A DNA stretch of 64,000 nucleotides from the human T2T-CHM13v2.0 reference genome, Homo sapiens, in the NCBI RefSeq assembly GCF_009914755.1, contig NC_060948.1. One strand, given 5' to 3'. The position numbers were made by a program, and so were the translations under genes. Positions 24,871 through 39,091 of this stretch are shown here, one piece after another. The notes below the pieces were generated by a model. It searched no databases. It was not told the origin of the DNA and saw only the letters and a program-made list of their open reading frames with translations. Position 1 is the stretch's first letter, and the number at the start of each line of letters is the position of its first letter.

Positions 24871-27800
24871 TTCGAATCCTTTCTATTGCAGTCCATTCCA
24901 TTCGAGTCCATTCCAATCCCTTCCATTCCATTCCATTACAGTCCATTCCAATAGATTCCATTCCTTTGCCTTCCATTCGAATCCATTCCATTCTAGTCCA
25001 TTCCATTCCATTCCATTCTATTCCTTTCCAATCCATTCGATTCCATTCGATTCAATTCCATTTGATTCTCTTTCATTCTATTTTATTCCATGCCATTTGA
25101 TTGCATTGCATTCCATTCCGTTTGATTCCAGTCCATTCAAGAAAGTTCCATTCCAGTCCATTGCTTTCCAGTCCATTCCATTCCACTCTAGTCTATTCCA
25201 CTCCATTCCTTTCCATTCCATTCCATACTATTCCATTCCATTCCTTTGCATTCCGTTTGCAATCTATTCGAGTCCATTGCATTCCAGTCCAATCCATTCG
25301 ATTACATTCCTTTTGATTCCCTGCCAGTCGATTGCATTGCATACTAGACCATTCCAAAGGAGTCCATTCCATTCTATCTCAACACTTTCCATTCCACTCT
25401 GTTCGAGTCCATTCCATTCCAGTCCATTTAATTCAAGGGCATTCCATTCCATTCCATTCCATTACATTTCATATTATTCCATTCCATTCAATTCCATTCC
25501 AGATGATTCCATTCCATTCTATACCATTGCTCTCTGTTCCATTCCATTCCATCTGTCTCCATTCCTTTCGTTTCGATTCCTTTCCATTCCATTCCATTAC
25601 ATTTGATCCTATTTTATTAAATTGCATTCTATTCGAGTGATTTCCATTCGAGTCCTTTCCATTCGATTCCATTCCATTCTATTCCATTCCTTTGGATTCC
25701 ATTCCATTCCGTTCCGTTCACATCAATTCCTTGCGATTCCATTACATTCGATTTCTTGCCATTCGATTCCATTCCTTTTGACTCCATTTCATTCGATTCC
25801 ATTCCATTCCATTAATTTCCATTCCATTCGAGACCTTTCCATTGCAGTCTTTTCCCTTCGAGTCCATTCCGTTCGATTCCCTTCCATTCGATTCCATTCC
25901 ATTGGAGTCCGTACCAGTCGAGTCCATTCTATTCCAGTCCATTAGTTTCGACTCCATTGCATTCGAGTGCATTCCATTCCGTGGCTGTCCATTCCATTCC
26001 GTTTGATGCCATTCCATACGATTCCATTCAATTCGAGACCATTCTATTCCTGTCCATTCCTTGTGGTTCGATTCCATTTCACTCTAGTCCATTCCATTCC
26101 ATTCAATTCCATTCGACTCTATTCCGTTCCATTCAATTCCATTCCATTCGATTCCATTTTTTTCGAGAACCTTCCATTACACTCCCTTCCATTCCAGTGC
26201 ATTCCATTCCAGTCTCTTCAGTTCGATTCCATTCCATTCGTTTCGATTCCTTTCCATTCCAGCCCATTCCATTCCATTCCATTCCTTTCCTTTCCGTTTC
26301 ATTAGATTCCATTGCATTCGATTCCATTCAATTCAATTCCGTGCTATTCAATTTGATTCATTTCCATTTAATTCCATTCCATTAGATTCCATTCCGTACG
26401 ATTCCATTCCTTTGGAATCCATTCCATTGGAGTCCATTCACTTCCAGAACATTCCATTCCAGTCGAATCCATTCGAGTACATTCCATTAAAGTTCATTAC
26501 ATTCTAATACATTCCATTCCATTGCATTCCATTCCATTCCATTCGATGCCATTCGATTCCATTCCGTGCCAAATCATTGCATTCCTTTCCATTCCGTTCC
26601 TATCAATTCCATTCCATTCGATTTAGTTCGATTCTATTCACTTCCATTCCATTCGATTCCATTCCATTGGAGTCAATTCCTTTCGACACCCAGCCTTTCC
26701 AGTCAATGATTTTGGATTCCATTTTGTTGCATTCCATTACATTCTATGACATTCGATTCCGTTTCATTGCATTCCATTCCATACATTTTTATTCCATTCG
26801 AGACCGTAGCATTCCACTTTATTCCAGGCCTGTCCATTACACTACATTCCCTTCCATTCCAATGAATTCCATTCCATTCCAATCCATTCCTTTCCTTTCG
26901 CTTGCATTCCATTCTATTCTCTTCTACTGCATACAATTTCACTCCATTCGTTCCCATTCCATTCAATTCCATTCCATTCAATTCCATTCCATTTGTTTCC
27001 ATTCTCTTCGATTCCATTTCTTTATATTCCATGCCATTCGATTACATTCTATTGGATTGCATTACATTCGTGTTCATTCCATTCCAGACCATTCCATTTG
27101 ACTCCATTCCTTTCGAGCCCTTTCAATTTGAGTCCATTCCTTTCCAGTCCATTTCACTCCAGTCCATTACTATCCATTCCATACCATTCCATCCCATTCC
27201 AATCCATTCCATTCCATTCCATAACATTCCATTCCATTCCATTGCATTCCATTCCAATCCATTCCATTGCACTGCACTCCATTCCATTACATTCTACTCT
27301 ATTTGAGTAGATTTTATTGCATTAGTTTCTATTCCATTGGATTACTTTCCATTCGATTACATTCCATTCATGTACATTCCATTCCAGTCAATTACATTCG
27401 AGTTCATTACATTACATTCCAGTATATTCCATTGTATTCGATCCCATTCTTTTCAATTCCATTTCATTCGACTCCATTATATTCGATTCCATTCCACTCG
27501 AATCCATTCCATTAGAGGACATTCCATTCCAATGCATTCCATTCCATTCCATAGCATTCCATTGCATTCGATTCCATTCCATTTGATGCCATTCCATTTG
27601 ATGCCATTCCATGACATTCCATTCCATTCGAGTCCATTCCGTTCCAATTCATTCCATTCCGTTTCATGAAATTCGAGTCCTTTCCAGTACATTTCATTCC
27701 AATCCCATCCAATCCAATCTACTCCATTCAATTCCTTTCCATTCCATTTGATTAGATTCCATTGATTTGATTCCATTCAGTTTGATTCCATTCCGTGAAA

Positions 27801-28424
27801 TTTCGTTCCATTCTATTCCATTGCATTACTTTCCATTCAATTCCATTCCATTTCATTTCAGTCCATTCGCTTCCTTTCCTTTCGATTCAATTCCATTTGA
27901 TTCCACTCCATTCTATGCGATTTCATTCCAATCGATTCAATTCCATTCGATGACATTCCTTTCGTTTCCATTCCATTCGAGTCCATTCAATTTGAGCATT
28001 CGTGTCCATTCTATTCGAGTCCATTCCATTACCGTCTATTCTATTCCCTTCCATTCCTGTTGATTCAATTGCATTCCCTTCCATTCGATTCCTTTCCATT
28101 CGATTCCATTCCTTTCCATTCCATTCCATTCGTTCCCATTCCATGTGATTTCATTCCATTCCAGTCCATTATATTCGAGTCCACTCCACTCCATTCTATT
28201 ACATTCAATTCCTTTTGAGTCCGTTCCATAACACTCCATTCATTTCGATTCCATTTCTTGCCAGTTTTCTTCCATTTTATTCCATTCCGTTCGATTCCAT
28301 TCCATTCGATTGCATTCCATTCGAATCCTTTCCATTCCATTTCATTCCATTCCTTTCTATTCCATTCCATTTCATTCGATTTGATTCCATTCTGTTCTAT
28401 TCCATTCAATTCTTTTTCATTCCA
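24871..28424 (+). repeat. DYZ1 unit U8 (3554 bp)
   Basis: Anchor at 24871; HaeIII at 26827; type C. Confidence 0.92.
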
Positions 28425-31400
28425 TTCGAATCCTTTCTATTGCAGTCCATTCCATTCGAGTCCATTCCAATCCCTTCCATTCCATTCCATTACAGTCCAT
28501 TCCAATAGATTCCATTCCTTTGCCTTCCATTCGAATCCATTCCATTCTAGTCCATTCCATTCTAGTCCATTCCATTCCATTCCATTCTATTCCTTTCCAA
28601 TCCATTCGATTCCATTCGATTCAATTCCATTTGATTCTCTTTCATTCTATTTTATTCCATGCCATTTGATTGCATTGCATTCCATTCCGTTTGATTCCAG
28701 TCCATTCAAGAAAGTTCCATTCCAGTCTATTGCTTTCCAGTCCATTCCATTCCACTCTAGTCTATTCCACTCCATTCCTTTCCATTCCATTCCATACTAT
28801 TCCATTCCATTCCTTTGCATTCCGTTTCCAATCTATTCGAGTCCATTGCATTCCAGTCCAATCCATTCCATTACATTCCTGTTGATTCCCTGCCAGTCGA
28901 TTGCATTGCATACTAGACCATTCCAAACGAGTCCATTCCATTCTATCTCAACACTTTCCATTCCACTCTGTTCGAGTCCATTCCATTCCAGTCCATTTAA
29001 TTCAAGGGCATTCCATTCCATTCCATTCCATTCCATTTCATATTATTCCATTCCATTCAATTCCATTCCAGATGATTCCATTCCATTCTATACCATTGCT
29101 CTCTGTTCCATTCCATTCCATCTGTCTCCATTCCTTTCGTTTCGATTCCTTTCCATTCCATTCCATTACATTTGATCCTATTTTATTAAATTGCATTCTA
29201 TTCGAGTGATTTCCATTCGAGTCCTTTCCATTCGATTCCATTCCATTCTATTCCATTCCTTTGGATTCCATTCCATTCCGTTCCGTTCACATCAATTCCT
29301 TGCGATTCCATTCCATTCGATTTCTTGCCATTCGATTCCATTCCTTTTGACTCCATTTCATTCGATTCCATTCCATTCCATTAATTTCCATTCCATTCGA
29401 GACCTTTCCATTGCAGTCTTTTCCCTTCGAGTCCATTCCGTTCGATTCCCTTCCATTCGATTCCATTCCATTGGAGTCCATACCAGTCGAGTCCATTCTA
29501 TTCCAGTCCATTAGTTTCGACTCCATTGCATTCGAGTGCATTCCATTCCGTGGCTGTCCATTCCATTCCGTTTGATGCCATTCCATACGATTCCATTCAA
29601 TTCGAGACCATTCTATTCCTGTCCATTCCTTGTGGTTCGATTCCATTTCACTCTAGTCCATTCCATTCCATTCAATTCCATTCGACTCTATTCCGTTCCA
29701 TTCAATTCCATTCCATTCGATTCCATTTTTTTCGAGAACCTTCCATTACACTCCCTTCCATTCCAGTGCATTCCATTCCAGTCTCTTCAGTTCGATTCCA
29801 TTCCATTCGTTTCGATTCCTTTCCATTCCAGCCCATTCCATTCCATTCCATTCCTTTCCTTTCCGTTTCATTAGATTCCATTGCATTCCATTCCATTCAA
29901 TTCAATTCCGTGCTATTCAATTTGATTCATTTCCATTTAATTCCATTCCATTAGATTCCATTCCGTACGATTCCATTCCTTTTGAATCCATTCCATTGGA
30001 GTCCATTCACTTCCAGAACATTCCATTCCAGTCGAATCCATTCGAGTACATTCCATTAAAGTTCATTACATTCTAATACATTCCATTCCATTGCATTCCA
30101 TTCCATTCCATTCGATGCCATTCGATTGCATTCCATGCCAAATCATTGCATTCCTTTCCATTCCGTTCCTATCAATTCCATTCCATTCGATTTAGTTCGA
30201 TTCTATTCACTTCCATTCCATTCGATTCCATTCCATTGGAGTCAATTCCTTTCGACACCCAGCCTTTCCAGTCAATGATTTTGGATTCCATTTTGTTGCA
30301 TTCCATTACATTCTATGACATTCGATTCCGTTTCATTGCATTCCATTCCATACATTTTTATTCCATTCGAGACCGTAGCATTCCACTTTATTCCAGGCCT
30401 GTCCATTACACTACATTCCCTTCCATTCCAATGAATTCCATTCCATTCCAATCCATTCCTTTCCTTTCGCTTGCATTCCATTCTATTCTCTTCTACTGCA
30501 TACAATTTCACTCCATTCGTTCCCATTCCATTCAATTCCATTCCATTCAATTCCATTCCATTTGTTTCCATTCTCTTCGATTCCATTTCTTTATATTCCA
30601 TGCCATTCGATTCCATTCTATTGGATTGCATTACATTCGTGTTCATTCCATTCCAGACCATTCCATTTGACTCCATTCCTTTCGAGCCCTTTCAATTTGA
30701 GTCCATTCCTTTCCAGTCCATTTCACTCCAGTCCATTACTATCCATTCCACACCATTCCATCCCATTCCATTCCATTGCATTCCATTCCATTGCATTCCA
30801 TTCCATTCCATTCCATTGCACTGCACTCCATTCCATTACATTCTACTCTATCTGAGTCGATTTTATTGCATTAGATTCTATTCCATTGGATTACTTTCCA
30901 TTCGATTACATTCCATTCATGTACATTCCATTGCAGTCAATTACATTCGAGTTCATTACATTACATTCCAGTATATTCCATTGTATTCGATCCCATTCCT
31001 TTCAATTCCATTTCATTCGACTCCATTATATTCGATTCCATTCCACTCGAATCCATTCCATTAGAGGACATTCCATTCCAATGCATTCCATTCCATTCCA
31101 TAGCATTCCATTGCATTCGATTCCATTCCATTTGATGCCATTCCATTTGATGCCATTCCATGACATTCCATTCCATTCGAGTCCGTTCCGTTCCAATTCA
31201 TTCCATTCCGTTTCATGAAATTCGAGTCCTTTCCAGTACATTTCATTCCAATCCCATCCATTCCAATCTACTCCATTCAATTCCTTTCCATTCCATTTGA
31301 TTTGATTCCATTGATTTGATTCCATTCAGTTTGATTCCATTCCGTGAAATTTCGTTCCATTCTATTCCATTACATAACTTTCCATTCAATTCCATTCCAT

Positions 31401-31973
31401 TTCATTTCAGTCCATTCGCTTCCTTTCCTTTCGAATCAATTCCATTTGATTCCACTCCATTCTATGCGATTTCATTCCAATCGATTCAATTCCATTCGAT
31501 GACATTCCTTTCGTTTCCATTCCATTCGAGTCCATTCAATTTGAGCATTCGTGTGCATTCTATTCGAGTCCATTCCATTACCGTCTATTCTACTCCCTTC
31601 CATTCCTGTTGATTCAATTTCATTCCCTTCCATTCGATTCCTTTCCATTCGATTCCATTCCTTTCCATTCCATTCCATTCGTTCCCATTCCATGTGATTT
31701 CATTCCATTCCAGTCCATTATATTCGAGTCCACTCCACTCCATTCTATTACATTCAATTCCTTTTGAGTCCGTTCCATAACACTCCATTCATTTCGATTC
31801 CATTTCTTGCCAGTTTTCTTCCATTTTATTCCATTCCGTTCGATTCCATTCCATTCGATTGCATTCCATTCGAATCCTTTCCATTCCATTTCATTCCATT
31901 CCTTTCTATTCCATTCCATTTCATTCGATTTGATTCCATTCTGTTCTATTCCATTCAATTCTTTTTCATTCCA
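28425..31973 (+). repeat. DYZ1 unit U9 (3549 bp)
   Basis: Anchor at 28425; HaeIII at 30396; type A. Confidence 0.92.
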
Positions 31974-34900
31974 TTCGAATCCTTTCTATTGCAGTCCATT
32001 CCATTCGAGTCCATTCCAATCCCTTCCATTCCATTCCATTACAGTCCATTCCAATAGATTCCATTCCTTTGCCTTCCATTCGAATCCATTCCATTCTAGT
32101 CCATTCCATTCTAGTCCATTCCATTCCATTCCATTCTATTCCTTTCCAATCCATTCGATTCCATTCGATTCAATTCCATTTGATTCTCTTTCATTCTATT
32201 TTATTCCATGCCATTTGATTGCATTGCATTCCATTCCGTTTGATTCCAGTCCATTCAAGAAAGTTCCATTCCAGTCTATTGCTTTCCAGTCCATTCCATT
32301 CCACTCTAGTCTATTCCACTCCATTCCTTTCCATTCCATTCCATACTATTCCATTCCATTCCTTTGCATTCCGTTTCCAATCTATTCGAGTCCATTGCAT
32401 TCCAGTCCAATCCATTCCATTACATTCCTGTTGATTCCCTGCCAGTCGATTGCATTGCATACTAGACCATTCCAAACGAGTCCATTCCATTCTATCTCAA
32501 CACTTTCCATTCCACTCTGTTCGAGTCCATTCCATTCCAGTCCATTTAATTCAAGGGCATTCCATTCCATTCCATTCCATTCCATTTCATATTATTCCAT
32601 TCCATTCAATTCCATTCCAGATGATTCCATTCCATTCTATACCATTGCTCTCTGTTCCATTCCATTCCATCTGTCTCCATTCCTTTCGTTTCGATTCCTT
32701 TCCATTCCATTCCATTACATTTGATCCTATTTTATTAAATTGCATTCTATTCGAGTGATTTCCATTCGAGTCCTTTCCATTCGATTCCATTCCATTCTAT
32801 TCCATTCCTTTGGATTCCATTCCATTCCGTTCCGTTCACATCAATTCCTTGCGATTCCATTACATTCGATTTCTTGCCATTCGATTCCATTCCTTTTGAC
32901 TCCATTTCATTCGATTCCATTCCATTCCATTAATTTCCATTCCATTCGAGACCTTTCCATTGCAGTCTTTTCCCTTCGAGTCCATTCCGTTCGATTCCCT
33001 TCCATTCGATTCCATTCCATTGGAGTCCGTACCAGTCGAGTCCATTCTATTCCAGTCCATTAGTTTCGACTCCATTGCATTCGAGTGCATTCCATTCCGT
33101 GGCTGTCCATTCCATTCCGTTTGATGCCATTCCATACGATTCCATTCAATTCGAGACCATTCTATTCCTGTCCATTCCTTGTGGTTCGATTCCATTTCAC
33201 TCTAGTCCATTCCATTCCATTCAATTCCATTCGACTCTATTCCGTTCCATTCAATTCCATTCCATTCGATTCCATTTTTTTCGAGAACCTTCCATTACAC
33301 TCCCTTCCATTCCAGTGCATTCCATTCCAGTCTCTTCAGTTCGATTCCATTCCATTCGTTTCGATTCCTTTCCATTCCAGCCCATTCCATTCCATTCCAT
33401 TCCTTTCCTTTCCGTTTCATTAGATTCCATTGCATTCGATTCCATTCAATTCAATTCCGTGCTATTCAATTTGATTCATTTCCATTTAATTCCATTCCAT
33501 TAGATTCCATTCCGTACGATTCCATTCCTTTTGAATCCATTCCATTGGAGTCCATTGACTTCCAGAACATTCCATTCCAGTCGAATCCATTCGAGTACAT
33601 TCCATTAAAGTTCATTACATTCTAATACATTCCATTCCATTGCATTCCATTCCATTCCATTCGATGCCATTCGATTCCATTCCGTGCCAAATCATTGCAT
33701 TCCTTTCCATTCCGTTCCTATCAATTCCATTCCATTCGATTTAGTTCGATTCTATTCACTTCCATTCCATTCGATTCCATTCCATTGGAGTCAATTCCTT
33801 TCGACACCCAGCCTTTCCAGTCAATGATTTTGGATTCCATTTTGTTGCATTCCATTACATTCTATGACATTCGATTCCGTTTCATTGCATTCCATTCCAT
33901 ACATTTTTATTCCATTCGAGACCGTAGCATTCCACTTTATTCCAGGCCTGTCCATTACACTACATTCCCTTCCATTCCAATGAATTCCATTCCATTCCAA
34001 TCCATTCCTTTCCTTTCGCTTGCATTCCATTCTATTCTCTTCTACTGCATACAATTTCACTCCATTCGTTCCCATTCCATTCAATTCCATTCCATTCAAT
34101 TCCATTCCATTTGTTTCCATTCTCTTCGATTCCATTTCTTTATATTCCATGCCATTCGATTACATTCTATTGTATTGCATTACATTCGTGTTCATTCCAT
34201 TCCAGACCATTCCATTTGACTCCATTCCTTTCGAGCCCTTTCAATTTGAGTCCATTCCTTTCCAGTCCATTTCACTCCAGTCCATTACTATCCATTCCAT
34301 ACCATTCCATCCCATTCCAATCCATTCCTTTCCATTCCATAACATTCCATTCCATTCCATTGCATTCCATTCCAATCCATTCCATTGCACTGCACTCCAT
34401 TCCATTACATTCTACTCTATTTGAGTAGATTTTATTGCATTAGTTTCTATTCCATTGGATTACTTTCCATTCGATTACATTCCATTCATGTACATTCCAT
34501 TCCAGTCAATTACATTCGAGTTCATTACATTACATTCCAGTATATTCCATTGTATTCGATCCAATTCTTTTCAATTCCATTTCATTCGACTCCATTATAT
34601 TCGATTCCATTCCACTCGAATCCATTCCATTAGAGGACATTCCATTCCAATGCATTCCATTCCATTCCATAGCATTCCATTGCATTCGATTCCATTCCAT
34701 TTGATGCCATTCCATTTGATGCCATTCCATGACATTCCATTCCATTCGAGTCCATTCCGTTCCAATTCATTCCATTCCGTTTCATGAAATTCGAGTCCTT
34801 TCCAGTACATTTCATTCCAATCCCATCCAATCCAATCTACTCCATTCAATTCCTTTCCATTCCATTTGATTAGATTCCATTGATTTGATTCCATTCAGTT

Positions 34901-35542
34901 TGATTCCATTCCGTGAAATTTCGTTCCATTCTATTCCATTGCATTACTTTCCATTCAATTCCATTCCATTTCATTTCAGTCCATTCGCTTCCTTTCCTTT
35001 CGATTCAATTCCATTTGATTCCACTCCATTCTATGCGATTTCATTCCAATCGATTCAATTCCATTCGATGACATTCCTTTCGTTTCCATTCCATTCGAGT
35101 CCATTCAATTTGAGCATTCGTGTCCATTCTATTCGAGTCCATTCCATTACCGTCTATTCTATTCCCTTCCATTCCTGTTGATTCAATTGCATTCCCTTCC
35201 ATTCGATTCCTTTCCATTCGATTCCATTCCTTTCCATTCCATTCCATTCGTTCCCATTCCATGTGATTTCATTCCATTCCAGTCCATTATATTCGAGTCC
35301 ACTCCACTCCATTCTATTACATTCAATTCCTTTTGAGTCCGTTCCATAACACTCCATTCATTTCGATTCCATTTCTTGCCAGTTTTCTTCCATTTTATTC
35401 CATTCCGTTCGATTCCATTCCATTCGATTGCATTCCATTCGAATCCTTTCCATTCCATTTCATTCCATTCCTTTCTATTCCATTCCATTTCATTCGATTT
35501 GATTCCATTCTGTTCTATTCCATTCAATTCTTTTTCATTCCA
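31974..35542 (+). repeat. DYZ1 unit U10 (3569 bp)
   Basis: Anchor at 31974; HaeIII at 33945; type C. Confidence 0.92.
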
Positions 35543-38500
35543 TTCGAATCCTTTCTATTGCAGTCCATTCCATTCGAGTCCATTCCAATCCCTTCCATTC
35601 CATTCCATTACAGTCCATTCCAATAGATTCCATTCCTTTGCCTTCCATTCGAATCCATTCCATTCTAGTCCATTCCATTCTAGTCCATTCCATTCCATTC
35701 CATTCTATTCCTTTCCAATCCATTCGATTCCATTCGATTCAATTCCATTTGATTCTCTTTCATTCTATTTTATTCCATGCCATTTGATTGCATTGCATTC
35801 CATTCCGTTTGATTCCAGTCCATTCAAGAAAGTTCCATTCCAGTCTATTGCTTTCCAGTCCATTCCATTCCACTCTAGTCTATTCCACTCCATTCCTTTC
35901 CATTCCATTCCATACTATTCCATTCCATTCCTTTGCATTCCGTTTCCAATCTATTCGAGTCCATTGCATTCCAGTCCAATCCATTCCATTACATTCCTGT
36001 TGATTCCCTGCCAGTCGATTGCATTGCATACTAGACCATTCCAAACGAGTCCATTCCATTCTATCTCAACACTTTCCATTCCACTCTGTTCGAGTCCATT
36101 CCATTCCAGTCCATTTAATTCAAGGGCATTCCATTCCATTCCATTCCATTCCATTTCATATTATTCCATTCCATTCAATTCCATTCCAGATGATTCCATT
36201 CCATTCTATACCATTGCTCTCTGTTCCATTCCATTCCATCTGTCTCCATTCCTTTCGTTTCGATTCCTTTCCATTCCATTCCATTACATTTGATCCTAAT
36301 TTATTAAATTGCATTCTATTCGAGTGATTTCCATTCGAGTCCTTTCCATTCGATTCCATTCCATTCTATTCCATTCCTTTGGATTCCATTCCATTCCGTT
36401 CCGTTCACATCAATTCCTTGCGATTCCATTACATTCGATTTCTTGCCATTCGATTCCATTCCTTTTGACTCCATTTCATTCGATTCCATTCCATTCCATT
36501 AATTTCCATTCCATTCGAGACCTTTCCATTGCAGTCTTTTCCCTTCGAGTCCATTCCGTTCGATTCCCTTCCATTCGATTGCATTCCATTGGAGTCCGTA
36601 CCAGTCGAGTCCATTCTATTCCAGTCCATTAGTTTCGACTCCATTGCATTCGAGTGCATTCTATTCCGTGGCTGTCCATTCCATTCCGTTTGATGCCATT
36701 CCATACGATTCCATTCAATTCGAGACCATTCTATTCCTGTCCATTCCTTGTGGTTCGATTCCATTTCACTCTAGTCCATTCCATTCTATTCAATTCCATT
36801 CGACTCTATTCCGTTCCATTCAATTCCATTCCATTCGATTCCATTTTTTTCGAGAACCTTCCATTACACTCCCTTCCATTCCAGTGCATTCCATTCCAGT
36901 CTCGTCAATTCGATTCCATTCCATTCGTTTCGATTCCTTTCCATTCCAGCCCATTCCATTCCATTCCATTCCTTTCCTTTCCGTTTCATTAGATTCCATT
37001 GCATTCGATTCCATTCAATTCAATTCCATGCTATTCAATTTGATTCATTTCCATTTAATTCCATTCCATTAGATTCCATTCCGTACGATTCCATTCCTTT
37101 TGAATCCATTCCATTGGAGTCCATTCACTTCCAGAACATTCCATTCCAGTCGATTCCATTCGAGTACATTCCATTAAAGTTCATTACATTCTAATACGTT
37201 CCATTCCATTGCATTCCATTCCATTCCATTCGATGCCATTCGATTCCATTCCGTGCCAAATCATTGCATTCCTTTCCATTCCGTTCCTATCAATTCCATT
37301 CCATTCGATTTAGTTCGATTCTATTCACTTCCTTTCCATTCGATTCCATTCCATTGGAGTCAATTCCTTTCGACACCCAGCCTTTCCAGTCAATGATTTT
37401 GGATTCCATTTGTTTGCATTCCATTACATTCTATGACATTCGATTCCGTTTCATTGCATTCCATTCCATACATTTTTATTCCATTCAAGACCGTAGCATT
37501 CCACTTTATTCCAGGCCTGTCCATTACACTACATTCCCTTCCATTCCAATGAATTCCATTCCATTCCAATCCATTCCTTTCCTTTCGCTTGCATTCCATT
37601 CTATTCTCTTCTACTGCATACAATTTCACTCCATTCGTTCCCATTCCATTCAATTCCATTCCATTCAATTCCATTCCATTTGTTTCCATTCTCTTCGATT
37701 CCATTTCATTATATTCCATGCCATTCGATTCCATTCTATTGGATTGCATTACTTTCGTGTTCATTCCATTCCAGACCATTCCATTTGACTCCATTCCTTT
37801 CCAGCCCTTTCAATTTGAGTCCATTCCTTTCCAGTCCATTTCACTCCAGTCCATTACTATCCATTCCATACCATTCCATCCCATTCCATTCCATTCCATT
37901 CCATTCCATTCCATTCCATTCCATTGCATTCCATTCCATTCCATTCCATTGCACTGCACTCCATTCCATTACATTCTACTCTATCTGAGTCGATTTTATT
38001 GCATTCGATTCTATTCCATTGGATTACTTTCCATTCGATTACATTCCATTCATGTATATTCCATTCCAGTCAATTACATTCGAGTTTATTACATTACATT
38101 CCAGTATATTCCATTGTATTCGATCCCATTCCTTTCAATTCCATTTCATTCGACTCCATTATATTCGATTCCATTCCACTCGAATCCATTCCATTAGAGG
38201 ACATTCCATTCCAATGCATTCCATTCCATTCCATAGCATTCCATTGCATTCGATTCCATTCCATTTGATGCCATTCCATTTGATGCCATTCTATGACATT
38301 CCATTCCATTCGAGTCCATTCCGTTCCAATTCATTCCATTCCGTTTCATGAAATTCGAGTCCTTTCCAGTACATTTCATTCCAATCCCATCCAATCCAAT
38401 CTACTCCATTCCATTTGATTTGATTCCATTGATTTGATTCCATTCAGTTTGATTCCATTCCGTGAAATTTCGTTCCATTCTATTCCATTGCATTACTTTC

Positions 38501-39091
38501 CATTCAATTCCATTCCATTTCATTTCAGTCCATTCGCTTCCTTTCCTTTCGATTCAATTCCATTTGATTCCACTCCATTCTATGCGATTTCATTCCAATC
38601 GATTCAATTCCATTCGATGACATTCCTTTCGTTTCCATTCCATTCGAGTCCATTCAATTTGAGCATTCGTATCCATTCTATTCGAGTCCATTCCATTACC
38701 GTCTATTCTATTCCCTTCCATTCCTGTTGATTCAATTTCATTCCCTTCCATTCGATTCCTTTCCATTCGATTCCATTCCTTTCCATTCCATTCCATTCGT
38801 TCCCATTCCATGTGATTTCATTCCATTCCAGTCCATTATATTCGAGTCCACTCCACTCCATTCTATTACATTCAATTCCTTTTGAGTCCGTTCCATAACA
38901 ATCCATTCATTTCGATTCCATTTCTTGCCAGTTTTCTTCCATTTTATTCCATTCCGTTCGATTCCATTCCATTCGATTGCATTCCATTCGAATCCTTTCC
39001 ATTCCATTTCATTCCATTCCTTTCTATTCCATTCCATTTCTTTCGATTTGATTCCATTCTGTTCTATTCCATTCAACTCTTTTTCATTCCA
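35543..39091 (+). repeat. DYZ1 unit U11 (3549 bp)
   Basis: Anchor at 35543; HaeIII at 37514; type B. Confidence 0.92.
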